Shown here piece after piece: positions 7,878 to 16,053 of a stretch of DNA of 64,000 nt. Source of the DNA: Spirochaetota bacterium (GTDB lineage Bacteria > Spirochaetota > Spirochaetia > Treponematales > UBA12059); assembly GCA_029560805.1 (NCBI GenBank), contig JAKQKE010000294.1, positions 416 through 64,415 on the forward strand, written 5' to 3'. The position numbers were made by a program, and so were the translations under genes. Numbering within the stretch: position 1 is the stretch's first letter; the number at the start of each line of letters is the position of its first letter. The notes under the pieces were generated by a model that searched no databases, was not told the origin of the DNA, and saw nothing but the letters and a program-made list of their open reading frames with translations.

Positions 7878-9022
7878 GACGACATGCCTTCCTCCTCATG
7901 GCCGGGTTATCGGCCGCCTTGGCGCTGCCGCTCGCGGCCCAGGTCGCTACCGGATGGTACGTCTCCGACCCGTCGGGCCTGGCCATCGAGTCGACCACCG
8001 GGCCAGGCGGCGCGGAGTACGCGCTCCTCGTCACGGGCTCGGGCGGCTCGTTCCGCTCGGAGCTGTATCGCGACGGCGAGGCGGTCCGGGCCTGGCTCCG
8101 GACCTACGGCCGGCGCGGTGCCATCGTCCGCGAGGCCATGGAGGAAGGCGGCTCGATACGCGAGGAACGGCTGTACGACGGAGACGGGCAGCCGAGCCTC
8201 GAGCGTATCTTCCTGGCCGACGGCTCGGTCGAGGAGACGGCTTACGAGTACGCGGCCGGAAGGCTCGTGTCGAGGACGACGAGCCGCGACGGAGCCGTCG
8301 TATCGACGACGAGCTACCTGTACGCGCCGGACGGTCGGCTGGCTATGGCCCGAGCGACGGCAGGCGCCGCCACAGGCGCCGCCGCCGGTACCGCCGGCGG
8401 TAGAGCGTCTTCAGCCGGCGGAGCGTCGTCGGGCTGGACGCTCGGGCCGCTCGGACTCGAGCTACGGTCCTACGACGGCGACGGTCGGCTAGTCAGGGTG
8501 GCGCTCTACGTCGGCGCCGAGGAGCAACGGAGCGAGGAGCGTACCTGGGCCGGCGGCCGACTCGAGCGCGTCGTCGTTACCGAGCCGTCGGGAGCGCGGA
8601 CGGAGACCGTCTACGCTACCGACGGGCCAGCCGCCGGGGAGATCGTATCGCTGACCGAACGCCGCGGCGACGTCGTGGCTCACGTCGAGCTACGCTCCTA
8701 CGACCGCGACGGTCGGCTGATCCTCGTCGAGCGGTCGTACGGCGGTACCGGAGCGTCGTCCGGCGGTACCGGCGCGTCGTCCGGCGCTGCGGCGTCGACG
8801 ACCGCCTACGAGTACGACGGCTCGGGCGAGCTGGTCTCGGCCACCACCACGGTCGGCGGCGAGATCGTCACGGCGGTTCGTTACGAGCCGGACGGCGCAC
8901 GCGTCGAGGAGTCGTACGACTCAGGCGAGCTATTCGCCCGCGTACGCTACGAGGACGGCCGGCGCGTGCTCGAGGAGCTGCTCGAGCGCGGCCAGGTGAT
9001 CCAGACGAGGAGCTTCGAGTGA
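7874..9022 (+). CDS. Secreted protein with YD/RHS-like repeats and low-complexity Gly/Ala/Ser linkers
   Basis: TTG start overlapping the ftsY stop (TTGA). Signal peptide ...ALPLAAQV. Recurrent motifs YDGDGRL, YDRDGRL, YAPDGRL, YEYDGSGEL and YEPDGARV. Confidence 0.65.
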   Translation: MRRHAFLLMAGLSAALALPLAAQVATGWYVSDPSGLAIESTTGPGGAEYALLVTGSGGSFRSELYRDGEAVRAWLRTYGRRGAIVREAMEEGGSIREERLYDGDGQPSLERIFLADGSVEETAYEYAAGRLVSRTTSRDGAVVSTTSYLYAPDGRLAMARATAGAATGAAAGTAGGRASSAGGASSGWTLGPLGLELRSYDGDGRLVRVALYVGAEEQRSEERTWAGGRLERVVVTEPSGARTETVYATDGPAAGEIVSLTERRGDVVAHVELRSYDRDGRLILVERSYGGTGASSGGTGASSGAAASTTAYEYDGSGELVSATTTVGGEIVTAVRYEPDGARVEESYDSGELFARVRYEDGRRVLEELLERGQVIQTRSFE

Positions 9023-10251
9023 GGCGACGACCGTGGGTCCTGTTCGTGGCCAGGCGCTGGTTCGGCTCGAGCGATAGGACCGGCCCGTCCCTGGGGCCGG
9101 CGACCGCTGGCATAGCCGTCGGCGTCGCCGCGCTCCTCTGCGTTATCGGAGTGATGAACGGCTTCCAGATGGGTTACATCGACGCGGTGCTCGACCTCGA
9201 CAGCTACCATATACGGCTACCGTCCGGCGACGCCGAGGCGGTGTTGGCCGCGCTACCGGACGCTGAGGCGGCCGTGCCCTTCGTCGACCTGCGGACCCTG
9301 GCAGCCAACCGTCGCGGCAAGGCGGCCGCCCTGCGTATCAAGGTGTTGCCCGACGACGCGCTCGAGCGCGACCGCTCGCTGGCCGCCAGGATGGAGTTGC
9401 GTTCCGGCGAGTACGGCGGCGGCGTCGTCGTCGGCTCGGTGCTCGCCAGGCAGCTCGACCTCCGGGTGGGCGATACGCTGTCGGTCCTCGACGTGAAGGC
9501 CGACGAGCTCGACGGCATCTCGACCGCGATGGTCGACCTGACCGTCTCGGGCGTCTATCACTGCGGCTACTTCGATTACGATGCGGCGCTCGTCTTCCTG
9601 CCCGAGTCGGCGGCGGGGGAGCTTGGCCGCGGTGAGGCCCGCGTCGTCGGCGTCAAGCTGCGCGACCGCTACGGCGACGAGCACGCCATGGCCGCCCTCG
9701 CCGCCGCCGGCCTCGAGGGCGCCGAATCGTGGCGCGTCTACAACCGCGCGTTCTTCGGCGCGCTCAGGATGGAGAAATCGGTGATGCTGCTACTCGTCGG
9801 CCTCATCTTCATCGTCGTCGGCGTCAATATCTTCCATTCGATGCGCAAGGCGGTCTACGGGCGCGTCGAGGACATAGCGACGATGAAGGCCCTCGGCGCC
9901 GGCTCATCGAGCGTCAGGCGCGTGTTCATGCTCGACGGCGCGGCCGCGGGAGCCGGCGGGGCCATCATAGGACTCGTCGTCGGGCTGCTCGTGGTGACGA
10001 ACGTCAACGGCGTGTTCGGCGCGATCGAGGCCGCGGTCGCGGCGGTCTACGGCGCCTTGGGCGGGCGAGGGCCGGGCTTCGAATTCTTCTCGCCTGAGCT
10101 GTTCTATATAGGAGACGTACCGGTTCGGCTCAGCTTTCCGGAGACGCTGTTCATAGCGTCGGCTGGAGCGCTCGCCGCTGTCGCCGCGGCCTGGGCGGCC
10201 AGTTCCAGGGTTTCCCGCATCATGCCTTCGGAGGTGCTTCGCGATGAGTGA
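9019..10251 (+). CDS. Lipoprotein-release ABC transporter permease, LolC/E (FtsX-like) family
   Basis: 410 aa with a GTGA overlap with the upstream gene. An N-terminal TM helix, a large periplasmic domain, then three C-terminal TM helices (FtsX fold). Confidence 0.8.
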   Translation: MRRRPWVLFVARRWFGSSDRTGPSLGPATAGIAVGVAALLCVIGVMNGFQMGYIDAVLDLDSYHIRLPSGDAEAVLAALPDAEAAVPFVDLRTLAANRRGKAAALRIKVLPDDALERDRSLAARMELRSGEYGGGVVVGSVLARQLDLRVGDTLSVLDVKADELDGISTAMVDLTVSGVYHCGYFDYDAALVFLPESAAGELGRGEARVVGVKLRDRYGDEHAMAALAAAGLEGAESWRVYNRAFFGALRMEKSVMLLLVGLIFIVVGVNIFHSMRKAVYGRVEDIATMKALGAGSSSVRRVFMLDGAAAGAGGAIIGLVVGLLVVTNVNGVFGAIEAAVAAVYGALGGRGPGFEFFSPELFYIGDVPVRLSFPETLFIASAGALAAVAAAWAASSRVSRIMPSEVLRDE

Positions 10252-10924
10252 CGACGTCATAGTCTGCCGCGGCGTGCGCAAGGTGTTCGCCAGCGAGGCC
10301 GAAGACTTGGAGATACTGCGCGGGGTCGACCTAAGCCTGCCGAGCGGCGCCATCGCTTCGATCACCGGTCCGAGCGGCTGCGGCAAGAGTACCTTCCTAT
10401 CGATACTCGGCGGCCTCGATCGCCCGAGCGCTGGAGAGGCATCGGTCGCCGGCGTCGACCTGATACGGGCCGACGAAGCCGGGCTGTCGGCGTTCCGGGC
10501 TACGGCCGTCGGGTTCGTCTTCCAGTTCCACTACCTGCTCAAGGACTTCACCGCGCTCGAGAACGCGATGCTGCCGGCCTACATGTTGACCGGTAACCGC
10601 GCCGAGGCGATCGGCCGCGCCAGGGAACTGCTCGAGGCCGTGGGCCTCGGCGGACGGCTCGACCACGTCCCGGCCAAGCTGTCGGGCGGCGAGCGCCAGA
10701 GGGTCGCCATCGCCCGGGCCCTCGTCAACGCTCCGGGAGTCGTGCTCGCCGACGAGCCGACGGGCAACCTGGACAGGCAGAGCGCTCTGGCCGTCGAGGA
10801 CCTGCTGTTCGACCTGGCGGCCAGGCGCGGCGCGACCCTATTGGTCGTCACCCACGACCCGGGCATGGCGGCCAGGGCCGACCAGCGGTACATACTGAGC
10901 GACGGGACGCTGGTCGAGTCATGA
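10244..10924 (+). CDS. lolD: Lipoprotein-release ABC transporter ATP-binding protein
   Basis: Motifs GPSGCGKST, FVFQFHYLLKDFTALENAMLP (LolD hallmark), LSGGERQRVAIARAL and LADEPTGNLD. Confidence 0.85.
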   Translation: MSDDVIVCRGVRKVFASEAEDLEILRGVDLSLPSGAIASITGPSGCGKSTFLSILGGLDRPSAGEASVAGVDLIRADEAGLSAFRATAVGFVFQFHYLLKDFTALENAMLPAYMLTGNRAEAIGRARELLEAVGLGGRLDHVPAKLSGGERQRVAIARALVNAPGVVLADEPTGNLDRQSALAVEDLLFDLAARRGATLLVVTHDPGMAARADQRYILSDGTLVES

Positions 10925-12222
10925 CCGGCTCGCCGATAGCCTTCGTGGCGACCAGGTTCTTCTTCGGGCGCACGGCCGCCGACGGAAGCCGCGACCAGGC
11001 CAGGAAGGCCCTGGCCGGAGCCGTGCTATCGGTCGCGCTGAGCCTCGTGCCGCTCATCACGGTCATGCAGGTCGCCGACGGCATGATCCAGGGCATCAGC
11101 GCCCGGTACGTCGAGCTCGGCACCTACCACGCCCAGGCCCTGCCGTACGCCTCGGCCGACCTCGTCGGGGCCAGGGACGCGGCGCGCTCGACTCCGGGCG
11201 TCGCGGGCGCTTGGATCGAGACGCAGTCGGTCGGCGTCGCGTTCGCCAACGGCGAGCGCGAGGGCGCGGCCGTGCGCGGCGTCGAGCCGGGCTTCCTCGA
11301 GGACCCGTCGACCCTGGCTTATCTGCGCGTCGAGGCGGGCGAGCCGACGCTCGAGCGGCCGTACGACGCCCTCGTCGGCCAGGCGATGGCCGAGAAGTTG
11401 GGTCTCGGACCGGGCGACGTGGTCAACCTGATATCGATGCGCAAGGCCGCGGACGGCGAGCTCCTGCCGCGCGTCACGATGCTGACCGTGCGCGGCGTGG
11501 TGTCGGCCGGCTATCGAGATCTGGACGCCCAATGGCTGTTCATGCGGCAGGATACGGCGGCCCGCGTCCTGCCCAAGGAGAATACCCGTAGCTTCGTCGG
11601 GATCAAGGCCGACGACCCGTTCGGCGACCCGTTCGCCGCCCGAGACGCGGTCGAGGGGCGCCTGCCTCCCGGCTTCACCGCGTACTCCTGGCGCGAGGTG
11701 GAGCGGAATCTCTTCGAGTCGCTCGCAAGCACGAGGACGATGCTGCTCCTGATCATGGCGGTCACCGTCGCGGTCGCGGCCGTCAACGTGTCGAGCGCGC
11801 TCCAGACCCTCGTGCTTGAGCGGGGCCAGGAGATAGCCGTCATGCAGAGCCTCGGGGCGAGCCCGTCCGACCTGGCCAGGATCTTCACCCTGGGCGGGGC
11901 GGCGATAGGCGCGCTCGGGGCGGTCCTGGGCGCGGCGGGCGGGCTCCTGGCGAGCGTCCGAGTCAACGAGCTGCTCGCCTTCATCGAGGCCGTGGCCAAC
12001 TCAGCCCGATCGGCGGCGGCCCGCCTGTCGGGCGGCGCGGCCGCGACGCGCTTCAGAGTGCTCGACCCCGCGTACTACCTCGAGACGATACCGGTCGACG
12101 TACCCTACGGCGAGATAGCCATGGTCGTCGCCGCGACGGTCGCGCTGTCCTTCGTGGCGGCGCTCGGGCCGGCACGCAGGGCAGCCTCGCTGTCTCCGCT
12201 CGACGGTTTCCGCAGGCGATGA
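10921..12222 (+). CDS. Second LolC/E (FtsX-like) family permease
   Basis: 433 aa with an ATGA overlap with lolD. Same topology as the 9019 gene. Confidence 0.8.
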   Translation: MTGSPIAFVATRFFFGRTAADGSRDQARKALAGAVLSVALSLVPLITVMQVADGMIQGISARYVELGTYHAQALPYASADLVGARDAARSTPGVAGAWIETQSVGVAFANGEREGAAVRGVEPGFLEDPSTLAYLRVEAGEPTLERPYDALVGQAMAEKLGLGPGDVVNLISMRKAADGELLPRVTMLTVRGVVSAGYRDLDAQWLFMRQDTAARVLPKENTRSFVGIKADDPFGDPFAARDAVEGRLPPGFTAYSWREVERNLFESLASTRTMLLLIMAVTVAVAAVNVSSALQTLVLERGQEIAVMQSLGASPSDLARIFTLGGAAIGALGAVLGAAGGLLASVRVNELLAFIEAVANSARSAAARLSGGAAATRFRVLDPAYYLETIPVDVPYGEIAMVVAATVALSFVAALGPARRAASLSPLDGFRRR

Positions 12223-12250
12223 TGACAATTCCGCCCCGCCGCGCTATAGT
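12222..12250 (+). promoter_or_regulatory. Possible recA promoter (ATGACA, 17 nt spacer, TATAGT)
   Basis: Read directly from the sequence. It lies 55 nt upstream of ATG 12306. Confidence 0.35.
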
Positions 12251-12305
12251 GGCCGGGCGAACGCGTTCGTGATCGTAGCCGCGTATGCAGTACCAGGAGG
12301 ACCAC

Positions 12306-13514
12306 ATGGCAAAGAACGAGACTATAGTCGCGAACCAGACCCCCGACGAGAAGCTCAAGGCTCTCGAGGCGGCGCGCCTGCAGATAGAGAAGCAGTACGG
12401 CGTCGGCTCGCTCATGCAGCTCGGCAAGTATGACAACCCGCTCGGCATCGAGGCTATCCCGTCCGGCTCCATCCTGCTCGACGAGGCGCTCGGCGTCGGC
12501 GGCTACCCGCGCGGGCGTATCATCGAGATCTACGGGCCGGAGTCGTCCGGCAAGACCACGCTGGCGCTACACGCGATCGCCGAGGCCCAGAAGAAGGGCG
12601 GCATCGCGGCCTTCATCGACGCGGAGCACGCGCTCGACCCGGTCTACGCCAAGAACCTCGGAGTGAATACCGACGACCTGTGGGTGTCGCAGCCGGACAA
12701 TGGCGAGCAGGCTCTCGAGATAGCGGAGTCTCTCGTCCGCTCCGGCGCGGTCGACATCGTCGTCGTCGACTCGGTCGCGGCCCTGACGCCCCAGGCGGAG
12801 ATCGAGGGCGACATGGGCGACGCGCATATGGGCCTCCAGGCCCGCCTGATGAGCCAGGCCCTGCGCAAGCTCACCGGCACGCTCTCGAAGTCCAAGACCA
12901 TCCTGATTTTCATCAACCAGATACGCATGAAGATAGGCGTCATGTTCGGCAACCCCGAGACGACGACCGGCGGCAACGCCCTCAAGTTCTACTCTTCGAT
13001 CCGTGTCGAGGTGCGGCGCATCGAGACGATAGACGGCAGCAACGACGAGGCCGTCGGCAACAAGGTGCGCGTCAAAATTGTTAAGAACAAGGTAGCGCCG
13101 CCATTCAGGCGCGTCGAGCTCGATATCATGTTCGGCAAGGGCATTTCGTCGATAGCCAGCCTCCTCGATGGAGCGGTCAAGACCGGCGTCGCCGACAAGA
13201 AGGGCGCCTGGTACACCTACGGCGAGGAGAAGCTCGGGCAAGGCCGCGAGAACGCCAAGGCCACGCTCGAGACCAACCAGGAGCTGGCGGACGAGATCGA
13301 GGCCAAGGTTCGCGCCATCATGTTCCCCGGTAAGTCGCCCGAGGCGGCCGGCGGCAAGAAACCGGCCGTGGGAACCAAGGCTCCGTCTCCGGCGACCGTT
13401 CCGGCCGGTACCGCGTCGGCGCAACCGCCCAGGCCGCAGCCGGCCGCCAAGGCTGTGCCGACAGACGGCCGGGCTGCCAGACCGGCCGTGGACGAAGACG
13501 GCGGGCTCTTCTGA
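12306..13514 (+). CDS. recA: Recombinase RecA with a long Pro/Ala-rich C-terminal extension
   Basis: Start moved to ATG 12306 (AGGAGG 6 nt upstream). Motifs [21 protein letters not shown] and the L2 region. About 60 extra C-terminal residues. Confidence 0.95.
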   Translation: MAKNETIVANQTPDEKLKALEAARLQIEKQYGVGSLMQLGKYDNPLGIEAIPSGSILLDEALGVGGYPRGRIIEIYGPESSGKTTLALHAIAEAQKKGGIAAFIDAEHALDPVYAKNLGVNTDDLWVSQPDNGEQALEIAESLVRSGAVDIVVVDSVAALTPQAEIEGDMGDAHMGLQARLMSQALRKLTGTLSKSKTILIFINQIRMKIGVMFGNPETTTGGNALKFYSSIRVEVRRIETIDGSNDEAVGNKVRVKIVKNKVAPPFRRVELDIMFGKGISSIASLLDGAVKTGVADKKGAWYTYGEEKLGQGRENAKATLETNQELADEIEAKVRAIMFPGKSPEAAGGKKPAVGTKAPSPATVPAGTASAQPPRPQPAAKAVPTDGRAARPAVDEDGGLF

Positions 13515-14032
13515 GCCTCGTCTACCTGGGGCTCGGCTCGAACGTAGGCGACAGCCTGGCCACCCTGCGCGGCGCTCTCGAGGCCCTGGGCGCTTTCCTG
13601 TCGGGCCTGCGCTCCTCGTCGGTCTACAGAAGCGCGCCGCGCTACGTCGTCGACCAGGCCGACTTCCTCAACCTCGTCGCCCTCGGCGAGACTGATTTGG
13701 CGCCGGCCGAGCTCCTGACCAGGACCCAGGCCGTCGAGGCGAGCTTCGGGCGAGACCGGACCAAGGAGCGCCGCAAGGGGCCGCGCAGCCTCGACGTCGA
13801 CGTCCTCCTGTACGGCGACCTCGTCATCGATTTGCCCGAACTGCTCGTGCCGCATCCTGGCATGACGGAGCGCGCCTTCGTGCTCGTGCCGCTCGCGGAG
13901 CTGTCGCCGGCCCTCGTCGACCCTCGGGACGGGCAGCCGTTCTCCCGCCGCCTCGGCGATGTGGCCGACCAGGGGATTTACCTGCACGCCGGCCCGCCGC
14001 TATACTGCCGGAACGACGCATGGAAGCAATAA
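13511..14032 (+). CDS. folK: 2-amino-4-hydroxy-6-hydroxymethyldihydropterin pyrophosphokinase (HPPK)
   Basis: The track ORF (13697..14032) holds only the C-terminal half ([25 protein letters not shown]). The same frame reads upstream as [26 protein letters not shown]..., the canonical HPPK N-terminus. There is no ATG/GTG/TTG in that frame, so the proposed start is CTG 13511, overlapping the recA TGA (CTGA). Confidence 0.7.
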   Translation: MSLVYLGLGSNVGDSLATLRGALEALGAFLSGLRSSSVYRSAPRYVVDQADFLNLVALGETDLAPAELLTRTQAVEASFGRDRTKERRKGPRSLDVDVLLYGDLVIDLPELLVPHPGMTERAFVLVPLAELSPALVDPRDGQPFSRRLGDVADQGIYLHAGPPLYCRNDAWKQ

Positions 14033-14790
14033 ACGAAGCATCGCTCGAGCCCGAGCGAGCTGGGCGTAGCTATCGCCTGGCCGAATTCGAGGGACCCCTC
14101 GACCTCCTGCTCTTCCTCATCAAGAAGAACGAGGTCAATATCTACGATATACCTATAGCCTCGATCACCGAGCAGTTCATCGCCTCTCTGTCCGAGGCCG
14201 AGGCCGCCGACCTGGACGACCTGACCGAGTTCTATATGCTCGCGGCGACCCTGCTGTACATCAAGAGCCGTATGCTCCTGCCGGTCGAGATGAACCTGGC
14301 CGACGAGATCGAGGATCCGCGGCGCGACCTCGTCGAGAAGCTGATCGAGTACCAGAAGTTCAAGAAGCTATCCGAACTCATGGAAAAGAAAGAGCTCGAG
14401 GTCGAGTGGACCATAGAGCGGACCAAGATGCAACGGCCCTTGCCCTTCGGCGACGAGGAGCTATGGGACAAGATCGACGTCTGGGACCTACTCAAGTCGT
14501 TCTCCGGCCTGATGGGCGGCATGTCGAGCGAGCGCATCATCGACATGTACGAGGAGGTGTCGATCAACGAGAAGACGGCGCTGATCCATGAGCTGCTCGA
14601 GTCCAGGGAATCCTTCGGCTTCCACGACCTGGTCACGCGCTCGGGTTCCCTGCTCGACATCGTCTGCGCCTTCCTGGCCGTGCTCGAGGCGGTCAAGTAC
14701 CGCGTCATATCGATACACCAGCATCGCCTGTTCGGCGATATCCAGATACGTAGGCACGAGAGGCGGGGCACCGATGGAACTGAACCTTGA
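14020..14790 (+). CDS. scpA: Segregation and condensation protein A
   Basis: FEGPLDLLLFLIKKNEVNIYDIPIASITEQF. Confidence 0.9.
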   Translation: MEAINEASLEPERAGRSYRLAEFEGPLDLLLFLIKKNEVNIYDIPIASITEQFIASLSEAEAADLDDLTEFYMLAATLLYIKSRMLLPVEMNLADEIEDPRRDLVEKLIEYQKFKKLSELMEKKELEVEWTIERTKMQRPLPFGDEELWDKIDVWDLLKSFSGLMGGMSSERIIDMYEEVSINEKTALIHELLESRESFGFHDLVTRSGSLLDIVCAFLAVLEAVKYRVISIHQHRLFGDIQIRRHERRGTDGTEP

Positions 14791-15325
14791 TCGCGAGGCC
14801 GCCATCCTCGAGACGATACTCTTCCTTGAGTCCGAGCCTGTCGACAAGGCAGCGCTCTCGCGGATAAGCGGCCTGGGTATCGACGTGACGGAGGCGGCCC
14901 TCGACCACCTGCGCGAATGCCTGGCTTCGGCCTGTCACGGCATCGAACTCGTCGAGATGGGCGGCGGCTGGCTCCTCGTCCCGAAGCGGGACCTATGGGA
15001 GGGGCTCAAGGACCGCTACGGCCGCAAGAACGAGCAGAAGCTGTCTAGGGCGGCTCTCGAGACCCTGTCGATCATCGCGTACTCCCAACCAGTGACCAGG
15101 GCTGAGGTCGAGGCCATACGCGGCGTAGCGGCGGACACCATGATCCGCTTCCTGCTCGACAAGGGCTTTATCAAGGAAGTCGGCAAGAAGGACGCGCCGG
15201 GAAAGCCCATCCAGTACGGCACCACGAAGGATTTCCTCAAGTTCTTCAGACTCGGCAGCATCTCCGACCTGCCCAAGCTCGACGAGTTGGAGCGCGATCG
15301 CTTCGAACTCGAGGGACGGGCGTGA
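14774..15325 (+). CDS. scpB: Segregation and condensation protein B
   Basis: Track ORF trimmed to ATG 14774 (MELNLDREAAILETILFLESEPV...). Also ALETLSIIAYSQPVTRAEVEAIRGV. Confidence 0.9.
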   Translation: MELNLDREAAILETILFLESEPVDKAALSRISGLGIDVTEAALDHLRECLASACHGIELVEMGGGWLLVPKRDLWEGLKDRYGRKNEQKLSRAALETLSIIAYSQPVTRAEVEAIRGVAADTMIRFLLDKGFIKEVGKKDAPGKPIQYGTTKDFLKFFRLGSISDLPKLDELERDRFELEGRA

Positions 15326-16053
15326 GCTCGGGCGAGGACGGTACCAGGATACAGGCGCTCATTGCCCGCGCCGGCCTGGCCTCGCGCCGGGCCGCCGAGG
15401 AATGTATACGCGCCGGCAGGGTCCGGCTGAACGGCCGCGTGGTCACCGAGCTGGGTACCAAGGCCCTGCCTTCGGATCGCCTGACGCTCGACGGCAAGCC
15501 GGTCGTCGCCGAGGAACGTATCCACCATCTCGCGCTCAACAAGCCGCCGGGCTACATCTGCGCCATGCGCGATGACTACGGCCGGCCGCTCGCCGCGTCG
15601 CTGTTCAAGCCGGCTATAGCCGAGCGGGTTTATAACGTCGGGCGGCTCGACCTGGAATCGTGCGGGCTCATCCTGTTCACGAACGACGGCGAGTTCGCCG
15701 CGAGGGTAGGCCACCCGTCGTCGGGCGTCGTCAAGGAGTACCTCGTCGAGACCGACAAGCCCGTTCCGGCCGACTTCGCGCGGCGTTTCGTCGCCGGGAT
15801 CGAAGACGACGGCGAGACCCTGCGGGCACTCGAGGCGACCGTCACGGGCGAGCGTCGCTGCTCGATCAGGCTCGTCGAGGGCAGGAACCGCGAGATCAGG
15901 CGGGCGCTCAAGGGCTTCGGGCTCAGGGCGACGCTCCTACGGCGCGTGGCCATCGGGGACGTGCGGCTCGGCGACCTGGCCGAGGGAGCTTGGCGCAGCT
16001 TGAGCGCGAAAGAGGTCGCCGGCCTCATGGCGACCATGGAGGGACGACGATGA
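15322..16053 (+). CDS. rluB: 23S rRNA pseudouridine synthase, RsuA/RluB family (S4 domain plus catalytic domain)
   Basis: GTGA overlap with scpB. S4 domain RIQALIARAGLASRRAAEECIRAGRVRLNG and catalytic motif GRLDLESCGL. Confidence 0.85.
   Translation: MSSGEDGTRIQALIARAGLASRRAAEECIRAGRVRLNGRVVTELGTKALPSDRLTLDGKPVVAEERIHHLALNKPPGYICAMRDDYGRPLAASLFKPAIAERVYNVGRLDLESCGLILFTNDGEFAARVGHPSSGVVKEYLVETDKPVPADFARRFVAGIEDDGETLRALEATVTGERRCSIRLVEGRNREIRRALKGFGLRATLLRRVAIGDVRLGDLAEGAWRSLSAKEVAGLMATMEGRR

Noticed and set aside
15660-16049. Arg-rich N-terminal extensions of track ORFs. Examples: 15660 for cmk-rpsA, 6750 for ftsY, 28136 for rodA, 29857 for mrdA, 31252 for mreC, 43332 for the NHL protein, 44168 for the TPR protein, 53245 for rseP, 58202 for rplI, 56044 for ComFB and 26655 for the radical SAM protein.
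   Set aside because: The extensions overlap the preceding gene and are low-complexity RRR/PRR strings. In each case an internal start with a good RBS or a 4-nt stop/start overlap yields the canonical N-terminus.
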